A stretch of DNA of 62,788 bases, counting the filler, from Globobulimina sp. (taxonomy: Eukaryota), in NCBI GenBank assembly GCA_003354225.1. It is 9 parts of 9 records of this genome, joined end to end, with 100 filler letters (N's around TTAATTAATTAA, not from the genome) between each part and the next. Parts side by side here need not be neighbours in the genome. Positions count along the whole stretch, not along the records: positions 28,004 to 34,894 come from PIVH01000223.1; positions 34,995 to 41,884 come from PIVH01000224.1; positions 41,985 to 48,870 come from PIVH01000225.1; 6 more parts are not named here. One strand, 5' to 3'. The position numbers and the translations under genes were made by a program. The notes under the pieces are model-generated. The model did not search any database. It had not been told where the DNA came from and saw only the letters and a program-made list of their open reading frames with translations. Below are positions 33,369-44,205 of the stretch, in pieces. Position 1 is the stretch's first letter. Every line of letters begins with the position of its first letter.

Positions 33369-33656
33369 ATGTCAAATCTCTTCGATGGCCTAGACGGCCG
33401 CTCAGATGGCACTGCTGATGGATTCAGTCTAGAATTCAAAATAACAGGTGCATTCAATATTCATATCTTTGGAACGTTTGGTGGAGCAGTAGTTACACTT
33501 CAACGTTATTCAAACACAACATCTCTATTTGAAAATACCGACTTAGTATGGACCTCAACGGCTCAATTTCAAGGTTTGTACATTACCCCACGTAGTGTTT
33601 ATCGTCTAAACATATCTGGTGTTACCACAACAGCGCTAATTGCAGAGAGGGCTTAA
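33369..33656 (+). CDS. Small beta-rich phage protein
   Basis: AAAGGA ribosome-binding site before ATG 33369; GTFGGAVVTLQ motif; next gene starts 2 nt after the stop. Confidence 0.7.
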   Translation: MSNLFDGLDGRSDGTADGFSLEFKITGAFNIHIFGTFGGAVVTLQRYSNTTSLFENTDLVWTSTAQFQGLYITPRSVYRLNISGVTTTALIAERA

Positions 33657-33658
33657 TT

Positions 33659-34894
33659 ATGTCGTTGCTAAGTAGAGGTGGATTTTTAGGTGGCACGTCT
33701 GAGGGCGTTGGTTTTCAAGTTTTCACTCAATCTGACAATAACCCAGGTGTATATGCAGATGCTGCTGCAAGAGATACGTATTTCAGTGTCAATCAGCCTG
33801 AAGTCGACCGGTTGGCAGATAACGAATTTCTCATCATTAAACTGTTAGATGATGGCGGTGGAAATATAGCATATCAGCAGTATAATGGTCCGTCAGGTTC
33901 TTATGTAAACACTAACTGGAACGATGTAACAAGTCTCACACAAGGTGATACAGGTGCACCCGGTGCAACAGGTAATAGCTACTTCTTTAGTTCTATTGCA
34001 GCACGCAACACGTTCTTTGGCACACCACCAAACCAGACATTACTTGAAGAAGACCTACCAATTGAAGTAAACACAGGCAGTGGTAAAGTAGCACCGTACA
34101 CATGGAAAGGTGCAACAGCACCAGTAAGCTATGACCCTAGTTTATTCATATTAGCTAGTGTTAAATCTGGCACCGGTTCATTCTTACTAGCACAGGCTCA
34201 TGGGATGAGTTCATCAGGTGAGAATGTGTCATTCTCAAATCTACAATCTGGTAAGGTATTCCATCCAACATGGCAAACATACGCTGACGGTAATACCTCC
34301 GTCGTACGAGTTAGAACAACACAACCCGAGTTTACCATCTCTGACAAAACAGCAAATCTACTGAATCCTGTATGGGATAACGGAGCTGTTACTAGTGCTG
34401 ATGAAACGGTTACGAAAGTGACGCTTGATTTTGTTAATCCAGTTACAAACTTAATTGTTAACGTACAGATTGATAGTGAAGACTTCTACAGAGGAGAGTT
34501 TGGGGCGTTCGGCACTGGTGAACAACTTATCGACGTTGACCCGCCAGTAGATGTAGAAGTCGGGAAACTAATAACCTTCAGCGTCAGTGACGGGGTAGCT
34601 GGTGATGTAACATTGAAAGGTAGTAACTCTATCTTAGATACAATGGGGCGACCTATACCATTCCAAAAAGTTATATTAGCTACTTGGGTTGATAATAAGG
34701 TTTTCGCTGATGATGATGCAACACTACAACTAAAAGCACCAGCCGCAGGAGATGCAACAATAAACTTTGCTAGTAGTACTGACGCGGTTAAAGGTGTTAT
34801 TAAATATGACGACGCTACCGACAAATTTAGTATTGATGTATCAGATGGTTTGTCAGAGTTATATCTAAACACTGCCGTCATAATCCATAGAGGT
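33659..34894 (+). CDS. Large putative virion structural/fibre-like protein (3' truncated)
   Basis: GAGG ribosome-binding site; G/S/T/D-rich composition; duplicated AARDTYF/AARNTFF motif; short GXY run GDTGAPGATG. Confidence 0.6.
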
Positions 34895-35186
34895 NNNNNN
34901 NNNNNNNNNNNNNNNNNNNNNNNNNNNNNNNNNNNNNNTTAATTAATTAANNNNNNNNNNNNNNNNNNNNNNNNNNNNNNNNNNNNNNNNNNNNTAATAA
35001 TTATAACAAATTTGATTAATGGATATTGGGATTATTTTGGGTTTGATTGTTTTTTGAATTTTTCGTATGAAGCCAGAAACAATTAAAACCTCCATCACTT
35101 CACTTCAGTTAGCTTACAACAAAAACGCTGCAGTTTTATGGAATGGATCATATTTTTGTTTGTAATGCGGTATTTTTGATAGCTTT

Positions 35187-35278
35187 TTTGATTTGTTCAA
35201 AATTTGTACAAAATCAACGATTATTTGTATTGGAAGTTTGATTTGTTCAAAATTTGATTTAAATCAACGATTATTTGT
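35187..35278 (+). repeat. Imperfect direct repeat, 50-bp period
   Basis: TTTGATTTGTTCAAAATTTG(n4)AAATCAACGATTATTTGT at 35187 and again at 35237. Confidence 0.85.
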
Positions 35279-35695
35279 CAAGCAAACCATAACTCAATTA
35301 TTACAAAGATTTTTTTATGTTTAATTATTATTTATTGCTTAATTATACAATTTAATTGTTTTATTACATCACTATATGGAGAAAAAGTATCGGGCCATGT
35401 ATGTTTTGTTTGATTATTTCGATTACAATGAGTATTTGGTTTGGATATGAATGCATTTTACCAGATTTAAATGATGAGATGTATCAAAATTTACATTTTC
35501 AATGTGAAAAGCTAACTGAATCTGCATTTGTTTTAAATTTTTTTTTGTCTTTAAATCAATTTAATGTTAACAAAGTTTTCAAGAAAGATAAATATCGAAA
35601 TATTATCATAAATGTTGTATTAATATTATTTGCTGCGGAATATGAAAAGGGAAATAATATTATACCATCTCGTACTGCCAACTGGTTATATTTTT

Positions 35696-35759
35696 TGCAG
35701 TGATACCAATTTGCAGTGATACCAATATTATACCATCTCATTGCAGTGATACCAATTTG
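35696..35759 (+). repeat. Three copies of TGCAGTGATACCAAT
   Basis: Two adjacent copies and a third after a short spacer that itself repeats ATATTATACCATCTC from about 35657. Confidence 0.75.
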
Positions 35760-36479
35760 TATTCTCACTTTGCAAGATGTAAATATTAGCAATAATAAGC
35801 ATAATGCACTGGATTCGAGATACTTTGCATTTGCATTGGTTCGATATACTTTTGCTTTTGCTTATTGTGCATTGTTCATATATTATTAACATATTATTTA
35901 GGTTCGACATTTCATTCATTACATTGTAAACAGTTAAAAGAATGCAATCGACAAAGATTGGAAGAATAGAACAAAAATGGAATCAATATTAATGATTCGA
36001 TGGATGAATATGATGCTAAATATGATCTATTTGGTGATGCAAATATTAGTGCAACGCAGAAATCATATCAACATTTAAATGATGTCATTGGTTTTTTGAA
36101 ACAACACAACTTTACGCCAGGTGTTATCAAACTAAATAACTTGATATGGATACCTCTTTTAATCGGTATTATAACCACTACACTGTATACTCAGTGTTAT
36201 GTTGACGTTTCATTAAAAAATGATTTGTAATATTAAATGTTAAATCAAATTAATAAATCAAAGCAATTATTGACGCGGATTTTTCTTGATTCACAGATTC
36301 AGAGCTTGATTGTTACAATCATTGAATTGAATATATTTATCAATACTGCTGATGTTAACATGTATGAAGCTAAGGTTGACATCTTTTTTTTTCCAAAACC
36401 ATTGTTTCGTGATTTCCCCATCGTGAGGTGTCTGTTGCTAACAGATTATCGATCATCTGACAATTAAACAAAAAGAAAA

Positions 36480-37838
36480 ATGGTATTTAATTTCGAGAAA
36501 AAAGGCCATTATCATGAACGAAATGTCGGTGTATTTATCACATCAATTATTATTGTAATTGGTATTTACATTCCAATCATTTGTTATTATTTGTTCAAAT
36601 TTTATAAAATAAGAAACACTCCGTATCTACAAAATCGATATCCAACATTAACCATAACGGCTGTATTGAGTATTGTAGCTGTATTATATATGTCAATCCT
36701 ATTTATGTTCCTGGTGCCACTGTTGATTATAGCCTGCGTTTACCGTTTAATACCAGACTTTTATGCTGAATTTGGAGTGCAGCAAGAATTATTGTTCTTG
36801 TCCAAAACGTATATCATATCAATGGTGTGTTTATTAGTGATGACTGCAGGCTTTGTCATCGATCAATTTGTGATTATCAACAGAGAAAATTCTAATCTTC
36901 TAATATTTTATTTTGCCATTGATTGGAACGTTAATGCGTTCATCATGTTTTTAGCAGCACTGGCAATGGTAAGGAGGTATCCAAATAAGTTGGCAAAAAT
37001 GAATATTAATAACGAAACAATTGCAAGTATTACAATCAGTACAATGCCGACAATGTCCACTGTGATGTCTGAATATAAGAATGTTCCGGGAACTCCGTCG
37101 TTAACTGCAGCGAAACAGCAACGAGTTTCAAATAAAAGTATTAAAATGGCCAATGTACTGTCGCATGAAGAAAGTTTTGAAGTATTTATTGACCATTTAG
37201 GTCATGAATATTGTATGGAATCGTTGTTGAGTATGATTGAGTTTACGCATTATAGAGATTATATATTATATAACGAAAAAGAATTAAACATTAAACAAGA
37301 AAGGCAATTTTTATATTGCGAGCTGCCTGCAAATATTGTTAAGTCTGATATTGTATATCCAGAATTTTATAAAGCAAATGGAAAATGTGGCCAGGGAGGA
37401 AAGATGATGAGGACTGTCCATGAGGCGTTACAAGAGTATATGAAAGGGAATGATATGGGGAAAATGGTAAAATCAGAGAGGATTAAAAAATATAAGAAAA
37501 TAGCATATGAAATATATGATAAGTGTATGTCATGTGTTGTGTTTTTAATTTGTTGCATGTAAAAATAAAATAAATATTTAAAATAACAAGATGTTCGCAT
37601 GGGTGCAGAGTTTGAAATAAATATTAGTTATGCTGTTCGAATGAGGCATATGTCACTAATGAATGATAAACATATTTGGATAAATGGAATGGAGGATGTT
37701 GATGAAACTCAGTTATTTTCATTATTTGATGATTGTTATCTTGAAATGGTTCGATTAATGCAACAATCATTTGGAAGATTTAAACGTGGAGAGAAATTTG
37801 AGAAAGTTGCAACTGTTTTACAACAAAATATGCAATGA
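36480..37838 (+). CDS. Transmembrane RGS-domain protein, one intron
   Basis: N-terminal TM helices, then RGS motifs FIDHLGHEYCMESL, IYDKY|VRMGAEFEINISY and MVRLMQQSFGRF, joined by a 66-nt GTATGT...AAG intron (37525-37590). Confidence 0.85.
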
Positions 37839-38260
37839 ATTTTTAGTCTGTTAATTAATGTTTTTATATTTTATAAAATATTAATTAATGTTTCCAATTT
37901 CGAATTGGAATCATTGGATTGTTTTTTTTTTGTTTTCATATAAGTGTTTTTACTTTATATGAATGTAGTAATTAATTATTATATTCCTTGGCTTTTTTAG
38001 TACTTGTTTTGAAGAGAACTTTGTTTTGAAAACAAAATCTCGGATTTTTTCTCAAACGTATAGAATGTACTCGATTCTAGATCTATAAAAGTAACAGAAT
38101 ATAATATTCTCTATGAAAGACGCTCGCGGTTTGCTGAGAAAAACCTCGATTCAAAGAACCAAAAAATAAGAATTAAAAAACAAAACATAAATATAGTATT
38201 ACACGCAAACGATTACAAACGATTACAAACGGGAAAAAAAAGATAATTTTTTAATAATTT

Positions 38261-39931
38261 TTATATAGAAATTGATTTAATTAATTTCCAATTTGCTTTG
38301 CCAAACATTGTACAACATTTATATCGAGGATATACGGTACAAAGTAATACGGAAAAAATCCAATATCCATGAATAGTGCACCAAAATGGCTTATTATTAT
38401 TATTATGATTATCATTATTTTTATTAATGATTAAACAATTGTTAAATCCGCGAATATCAATTTTTTCATGAAATGATTGAAATTCATCCTTATTATTAAA
38501 AGACAGAAATTCTTGTTTTTGAATATTAAAATCATTCCTTGTTTCCTCATTTAATAAACAATATTGTTTCGTAATATGTAATTTCGTTATTTCATACCGA
38601 TTTAAATTCGGATAATTTAGGGAAACATCGTCCCATTTATTATAATCATAAATCATTGAATTTGTATGTGTTACAATCTTTTTCCTGTCTTGTTTGATGA
38701 TGTTTGAATCTTCAAATTCCACCAATAACTTATTAATATCACCATTCCACCCAAAAAATAATGGTAAATCAGTCATATATTCAATATCCATATCATCAGT
38801 GTCCACATCCACATCCATATCCATATCCGTATCGCCACCATCATCAACAATTTGCATCGCCACTTTTTCATCATCATGCTCGTCATTATCACTATGCTTA
38901 AATTTGGAGATTATCGCCTTTTTAATTCTATTCCCCTGATAGCCAGATGGCAATATTATGGCTGCAATCTGTGTTTGATTCTGTTTATTTGACACAAACT
39001 CAATCGCATTCCAGTCCCATTTGAAATATTTCACATTAAATCCCAACTCTTGGAAATGATTCCCATTCTCCATCTTGCCATGCACCCAAATAATGGTTTT
39101 GGCCTCGGTCTGCGGAGTATTTAAGGTCTCATAATGATAGCATTCAACATACCAATCAATGACCGGTGCTGTCTTCCTCATCACATCCAATAATTTGATA
39201 TTGCCATCGATGTCGCTCTTACTGCCCATTCTCATCTGTTTCCATGTTTTGTTTACATAGCACTCACATAAATAGATCAAATAAAAAATAACAAATATAA
39301 TAACAGCGGCTAACTCTCCGGTGAAACACGTAAATAATGTTATTATCACAATTGAGGTTAAAATGATGGATAAAAAATGGCCATTTTCTTTTAATGATAA
39401 TACGATATCTCGACATGAACCCATTTCATTCTCATATTCGTCCTCATCCTCATCCTCATCCTCATCATCACTGTCTTTGTCAGATATGATATGATGATCT
39501 TTTTTCTTTGATTTGCTGCCATTGAGTAAAAATCCCTTTTTTTTTCTCTTTTTCTTTGATTTTTTGCCCGTATTACTAATATCATGATTACTATGAATGG
39601 GCGACGATGGGTCAATATCTACAAAATTATTATTCTTGTTATTATTTGTTTCGCCACTCAATACTGTTAATGTTGTGTTGGTAGCTTCATTCATTGCAAT
39701 ATCTTTAATTCTTTTGAGCGATTTATCCCTTTTAATCTTTTTTGAGTTAGATTTAGATTTTTTTATTTGAATATTATCATTTGAATGGGATGGATTGTAT
39801 GAATCGGAATCGCTATCCATGGTAAGTTTTTTCAAGCCCTTTGGGTATGCTGTTCCATCCACACCTTTATTATCACCACCACCATCCGCATCGGTTATAT
39901 TTCCAAATAACAACTCCTCTGAATCGGACAT
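38261..39931 (-). CDS. TMEM151-family membrane protein
   Basis: YLIYLCEC, APVIDWYVECYHYET, IVTH...YNKWDDVS and YWIFSVLLCTVYPR. Confidence 0.8.
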   Translation of the reverse strand: MSDSEELLFGNITDADGGGDNKGVDGTAYPKGLKKLTMDSDSDSYNPSHSNDNIQIKKSKSNSKKIKRDKSLKRIKDIAMNEATNTTLTVLSGETNNNKNNNFVDIDPSSPIHSNHDISNTGKKSKKKRKKKGFLLNGSKSKKKDHHIISDKDSDDEDEDEDEDEYENEMGSCRDIVLSLKENGHFLSIILTSIVIITLFTCFTGELAAVIIFVIFYLIYLCECYVNKTWKQMRMGSKSDIDGNIKLLDVMRKTAPVIDWYVECYHYETLNTPQTEAKTIIWVHGKMENGNHFQELGFNVKYFKWDWNAIEFVSNKQNQTQIAAIILPSGYQGNRIKKAIISKFKHSDNDEHDDEKVAMQIVDDGGDTDMDMDVDVDTDDMDIEYMTDLPLFFGWNGDINKLLVEFEDSNIIKQDRKKIVTHTNSMIYDYNKWDDVSLNYPNLNRYEITKLHITKQYCLLNEETRNDFNIQKQEFLSFNNKDEFQSFHEKIDIRGFNNCLIINKNNDNHNNNNKPFWCTIHGYWIFSVLLCTVYPRYKCCTMFGKANWKLIKSISI

Positions 39932-39998
39932 GGTAAGTTTGGCTTAATACCAGTTTTTAAGGTTTATTTTAATTTACTTACCTATTATCAAAGCAGTC

Positions 39999-40724
39999 AT
40001 GTTCAACTCACTACTATTTGTGATAGTGTCTTCATTGTCCATTTCAGTCACACTATCTGTAACCATTGGAGAAAGTTAATTATTTCAAGGAATAAGATGT
40101 TAGAAATTAAAATAAAACAATTAAACTTGTCAATATTACATAGAAGCGCCAGATTTTTCTAGTGTCGCATTAATGCCAGATTTAACATTCGATACACTAT
40201 CATTGGCGCAATTTAGTGGTTCATGGTTATTATTATTTTTTTATCCGCTCGATTTCACATTTGTATGTCCGACGGAGGTGATATCATTCAGTGAGGCAAG
40301 CACACAGTTTAAGGCGCTCAATACCAATGTTGTCGGTGCCTCTGTAGACTCACAATATACACATCTCGCATGGGCAAATACGCCGCGTGCTGAAGGGGGT
40401 TTGGGTGGTCTTGGCATTCCATTGATTGCGGATTTAACCCGTCAACTATCGCAAGATTATGGTGTTTTGATGCAAAGTGCGGGACATACGTGTCGTGGCA
40501 CATTTATTATTGATCCAAATGGCATCGTGCGGCATTTCAGTATGAATGATCCGCCGGTCGGTAGGAATGTGGATGAATATGTCCGTTTAATTCAAGCCTT
40601 TCAATACGCGGATAAACACGGCGAAGTATGTCCTGCTCAGTGGAAACCCGGTGCAAAAACAATTATTCCCGATCCACAAAACGCTTTGCAATATTTCAAG
40701 TCGCAAAATAAAGATGAAGTATAG
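39999..40724 (+). CDS. Typical 2-Cys peroxiredoxin with N-terminal signal peptide (Prx4-like), one intron
   Basis: Exon 1 MFNSLLFVIVSSLSISVTLSVTIGEK joins APDF through a 69-nt intron (40075-40143). FYPLDFTFVCPTE, GGLG, GEVCPAQW and YF motifs. Confidence 0.93.
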
Positions 40725-40846
40725 TACCAATGTCAAGGCTATTTCTTGTAATTTTATTAACTTAAATACTCTGATACTACTATTTGTAATGCATGTGATT
40801 CTGATAAGTGATGTCCGATAAACATACAGAGTTTTGAGTCAACAGA

Positions 40847-41884
40847 ATGGCTTCAACTGCCTCGAGTCAAATAATGGCAGGTTCACAAGAAAATGTTGAA
40901 AAACAAACAAAACCATTGTTAGATGGCACTGAAGAAGAGAAATATGGCACAGATAGCAAAGTAGCACCTTATGCAAATTATAATAATTCAAACGTATCAA
41001 AAGAAGGCAGTTTACACAGATTATATGTTGGACTCAGTATATTTTGCGTTTTTGGCTTAATGACACTTTGTGTGTATTTTTATAATGTGAACAAAACAAA
41101 TCCTATCATTCAGAGTGTAATATCAATTGTATGGTGTATTCGTATCTTGATTCGTTTAGTTGCATTATATGTAAAACAACGATGGTATTTTCAAAAAAAA
41201 TCAAAATTTAGAAAAATGAAATCTGAATTATTCAAAATGAAACAGTTTGGTAAGATATCAGCAATTTGGATCATATTAATTGTTATTGGTTATATATTGT
41301 TAATATCCGTGCCATTTATTGAATCTTTGTGTGGTGATATGCATGGATTTGAGTCACGCAATTATTTAATTGGTGGTATTGCTGAATTTGTAGTGAGTTT
41401 ATTCACCATTTGGGCATTCAATATCTGTCTATATTGGTACTGCGATCATCATATTCAAAGAATTAACGCCTTTGTGTTTGAGATTGGAAATAGAAAAGTA
41501 TACAGATCTTCAATTACAAATAATAACACTCGATTTGTTGAGATTAGCGCCTCAAATATCATTCAAATTAATGCAAGTAATACGTGTATCGAACAGGAAA
41601 TAAATTATACCAAACAGTTATGGGAGAAATGGGTTTCATATTCGTTCATTACGGATGCTATTTACTTATTATTTATTGTCAGTATCTGGTTATTTATGAA
41701 TATGGATAACTTTGAGAATAATATTGTTGTTATCAATATATTTTGTGAGAATAACATCGCTCCGCAGATTATAAATATTTTTTATTTTCAATTTTTAGGT
41801 TTTATTGGCTTATTATATGGCATTGTTAGGATGAATAATATGGCAAAAAGCAAAATATTGGAGAAAACAGTGAAAGAATTAGGA
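40847..41884 (+). CDS. Multi-pass membrane protein (3' truncated), similar in layout to 17890-18995
   Basis: About six hydrophobic helices with comparable spacing before the contig ends. Confidence 0.6.
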
Positions 41885-42183
41885 NNNNNNNNNNNNNNNN
41901 NNNNNNNNNNNNNNNNNNNNNNNNNNNNTTAATTAATTAANNNNNNNNNNNNNNNNNNNNNNNNNNNNNNNNNNNNNNNNNNNNCTTTTGTTTGTCTTTC
42001 TGTCGTTCATTGTTCACATTTATATTTACTGCAGAATAGAATATTAGATCTGAAAAGAACGACAAACAGAAATGGCTGCTTTCTCTCCACTTTGTTTCAT
42101 TGCTGCAACATTAGCATTTGTTGAAAGTTCGAATCCGCCCGATTTGCCATGCTGCACAAATTGACTCCATCTCTTCAAATATC

Positions 42184-42298
42184 TATTCAATTTATACTAG
42201 TACTGTTTTTCAGCCCCATATATCTACTTCTTTGTTGGTCGTGGGCTGCACTGCCTGTACTTGTTCCACTTGGAGCTTGTCAGCTTGTTGTCTTCTTA
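42184..42298 (+). repeat. Inverted partial copy of the ARF gene 5' region (46209-46314)
   Basis: TTTATACTAGTACTGTTTTTCAGCCCCATAT...GTTGGTC(G/A)TGGGCTGCACTGCCTGTACTTGTTCCACTTG is shared; ATG is GTG in the copy. Confidence 0.92.
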
Positions 42299-42410
42299 CA
42301 AATCACAACACGGTCTTTAGTTGTCATGTATTTTTTTTGAAAAGTTTGTGTGATTTGTCTAGTTTACAAAAAAACCTCAACTCCTTGCACTTCAAAAAAA
42401 ATTGTATAGT

Positions 42411-43164
42411 TTACAATTCATCTCTATTTGGTCTTGGCCTATCACGCCTACCCCGGGGATTGAATTTCTTTGGATCAAAATCTCTGCCTCTGCCTGGTCT
42501 GTCGGGTCGGTTTGGTCGCTCCCTCCCTCTGCCTGGCCTATTTCTATCCGGTCTGTCCCTCCTTGCCCTTGGATCAAAATTATTTGGATCAAAATTTTCC
42601 CGATCAAACTTCCTTGGATCAAAATCTCCAAATCGTGGATCACCACCGCCACGTTCATGTGGTGGCATATCCCGTAGTTTCCTCCGTTGTTCCCTTCGTT
42701 GTTCCCTTTCTGCTCTCCGTTGTTCCATTCTTTCCGTCCTTCTTTTTTCTCTCTCTTCGTCAGATCCTCTCTCTCGATTTATGCCATCCCTCCGCATATT
42801 GGCCATCATCTCTTCTGCTCTTTTTCGTGCGTCTTCAACATCAATATCTGGATTGCGATATGTTTCTCGTTCTTTTCGCATTCGCTCACGAATTGCTTGG
42901 ATATCTTCTGGAATGGGCGGGATTTTACCCATATCTGGTTTTGCTGCATCCATTGGATCCGCCGGTTCCACTCCAATGGCATCCGTATCATCAATAACTT
43001 CATCATCCTCTGGTGAATATGCTTTGCTTTCTGTGTTCTCGCACTATAAATGTTATAATTATATACAATTAATCGTGTGTTTTTGAGGTGTATTTGGTAA
43101 CTGTAATGATGTGGATATGAAGGAGTGCTGATAACAGCAGGAACTGCCAAATTAAAGAACGCAT
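42411..43164 (-). CDS. Signal peptide + Arg/Asp/Glu-rich protein ending in RDEL (predicted ER lumen), one intron
   Basis: ATG 43164 MRSLIWQFLLLSALLHIHIIT joins CENTESK in frame via a 58-nt intron (43044-43101). FDPR-type repeats and C-terminal RDEL. Confidence 0.75.
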
Positions 43165-43212
43165 AATTTCGAACCCCACTTTACTTGAGTTTTATTATTA
43201 TACTGTTGAACC

Positions 43213-43997
43213 ATGACAACTGCACATAAACCAACCTTTCACCCAGCAATAGGCACCGCCAACCAAGGTGGATATCGTTACGTTGTCAAACGGCAACAAT
43301 TCTCTAGTCGCGATTTGCCGGGACAGTTGGATTTAAAACTAAGGCAACCGGGTCAAAACACAACAGAAGAGATTGCTAAACGTGATCTTAAAGCTGAACT
43401 GGAACAACGTGAAGCAAAATATTATGCTAAAAAACAACTAGGTATCAATGTATAAACAGTAATTTTTGCAATTGATTATGAATTATTATCCTTGCGCTCC
43501 ACACAGAGAGACAACGCCAAGGACTGTTATCAGAACCAGCTGCCTTGGAATTGGAAAATAAAAATAAAGAAAGGTTAGCATTGACATATGAGAAAGAATT
43601 GGAAGGATTTGATGATTCTGATGATAGTGATAGTGGCTCAGAGGATGATTCTGCAGATGACAGCGATTTGGACTCTGAGGATGAAGAAAAGGCATTAATG
43701 GCCGAATTAGCAGCAATTAAAAAAGAGAAAGCATTGCAAAAAGCAAAGGAGGAAGCGGAAGAAGCAAAATTAAGGGAAATGCAAGAGGAAAATGCATTGA
43801 TTTGTGGGAATCCGTTAATAAATAATTCAAAAAATAGTAGTAATAAGAAATCGGCAACATTTACATTGAAAAGATCATGGACTGAAGATACCGTTTTTAA
43901 GAATCAAGCCCCGGAACCAAAGCGAAGGAAAAGATTTATAAATGATACGATTCGGAGTGATTTTCATAGGAAATTTATGATGAGATATATTAAATAA
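43213..43997 (+). CDS. CWC15: Spliceosomal protein Cwc15, one intron
   Basis: MTTAHKPTFHPA, SSRDLPG...LKLRQ.GQ and WTEDTVFKNQA...FINDTIRSDFHRKFM..YIK. Intron 43442-43506 restores the frame. Confidence 0.95.
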
Positions 43998-44205
43998 ATA
44001 ACATATTTGGGATTGTTTAAATTAAATGTTTGAATAAAATCTGTTTTATTGATCCAACAACTTGTTTGCAAGGGCTTTTTTTACAAAATAATTATGCACC
44101 TTTTGAGTTTTGGTACGCAAATACTTAAAAAAAATAATGTTTATTACAAAAACCAATCAACAATGCGTTAGGTCATTATGTATGTATACAGTACTCGTAT
44201 ATTGT

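Larger units (their letters stand above)
28004..34894 (+). mobile_element. Tailed dsDNA bacteriophage fragment (packaging/head module)
   Basis: Co-oriented, intronless, closely spaced genes TerS-TerL-portal-gpF with GGAG/AGGA ribosome-binding sites and visibly higher GC than the other contigs. Confidence 0.95.

Noticed and set aside
26019-34894. SET genes next to a phage terminase as one viral system or an integrated prophage
   Set aside because: A linker at 27904-28003 separates them and contigs are ordered by length, so the adjacency carries no information.
35356-36467. Several short ORFs upstream of the RGS gene
   Set aside because: Low-complexity AT-rich sequence with local repeats; no coherent protein.
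42118-43086. 322-aa plus-strand ORF and overlapping ORFs
   Set aside because: Antisense shadow of the repetitive RDEL gene plus the duplicated ARF fragment; TTG start and no domain.
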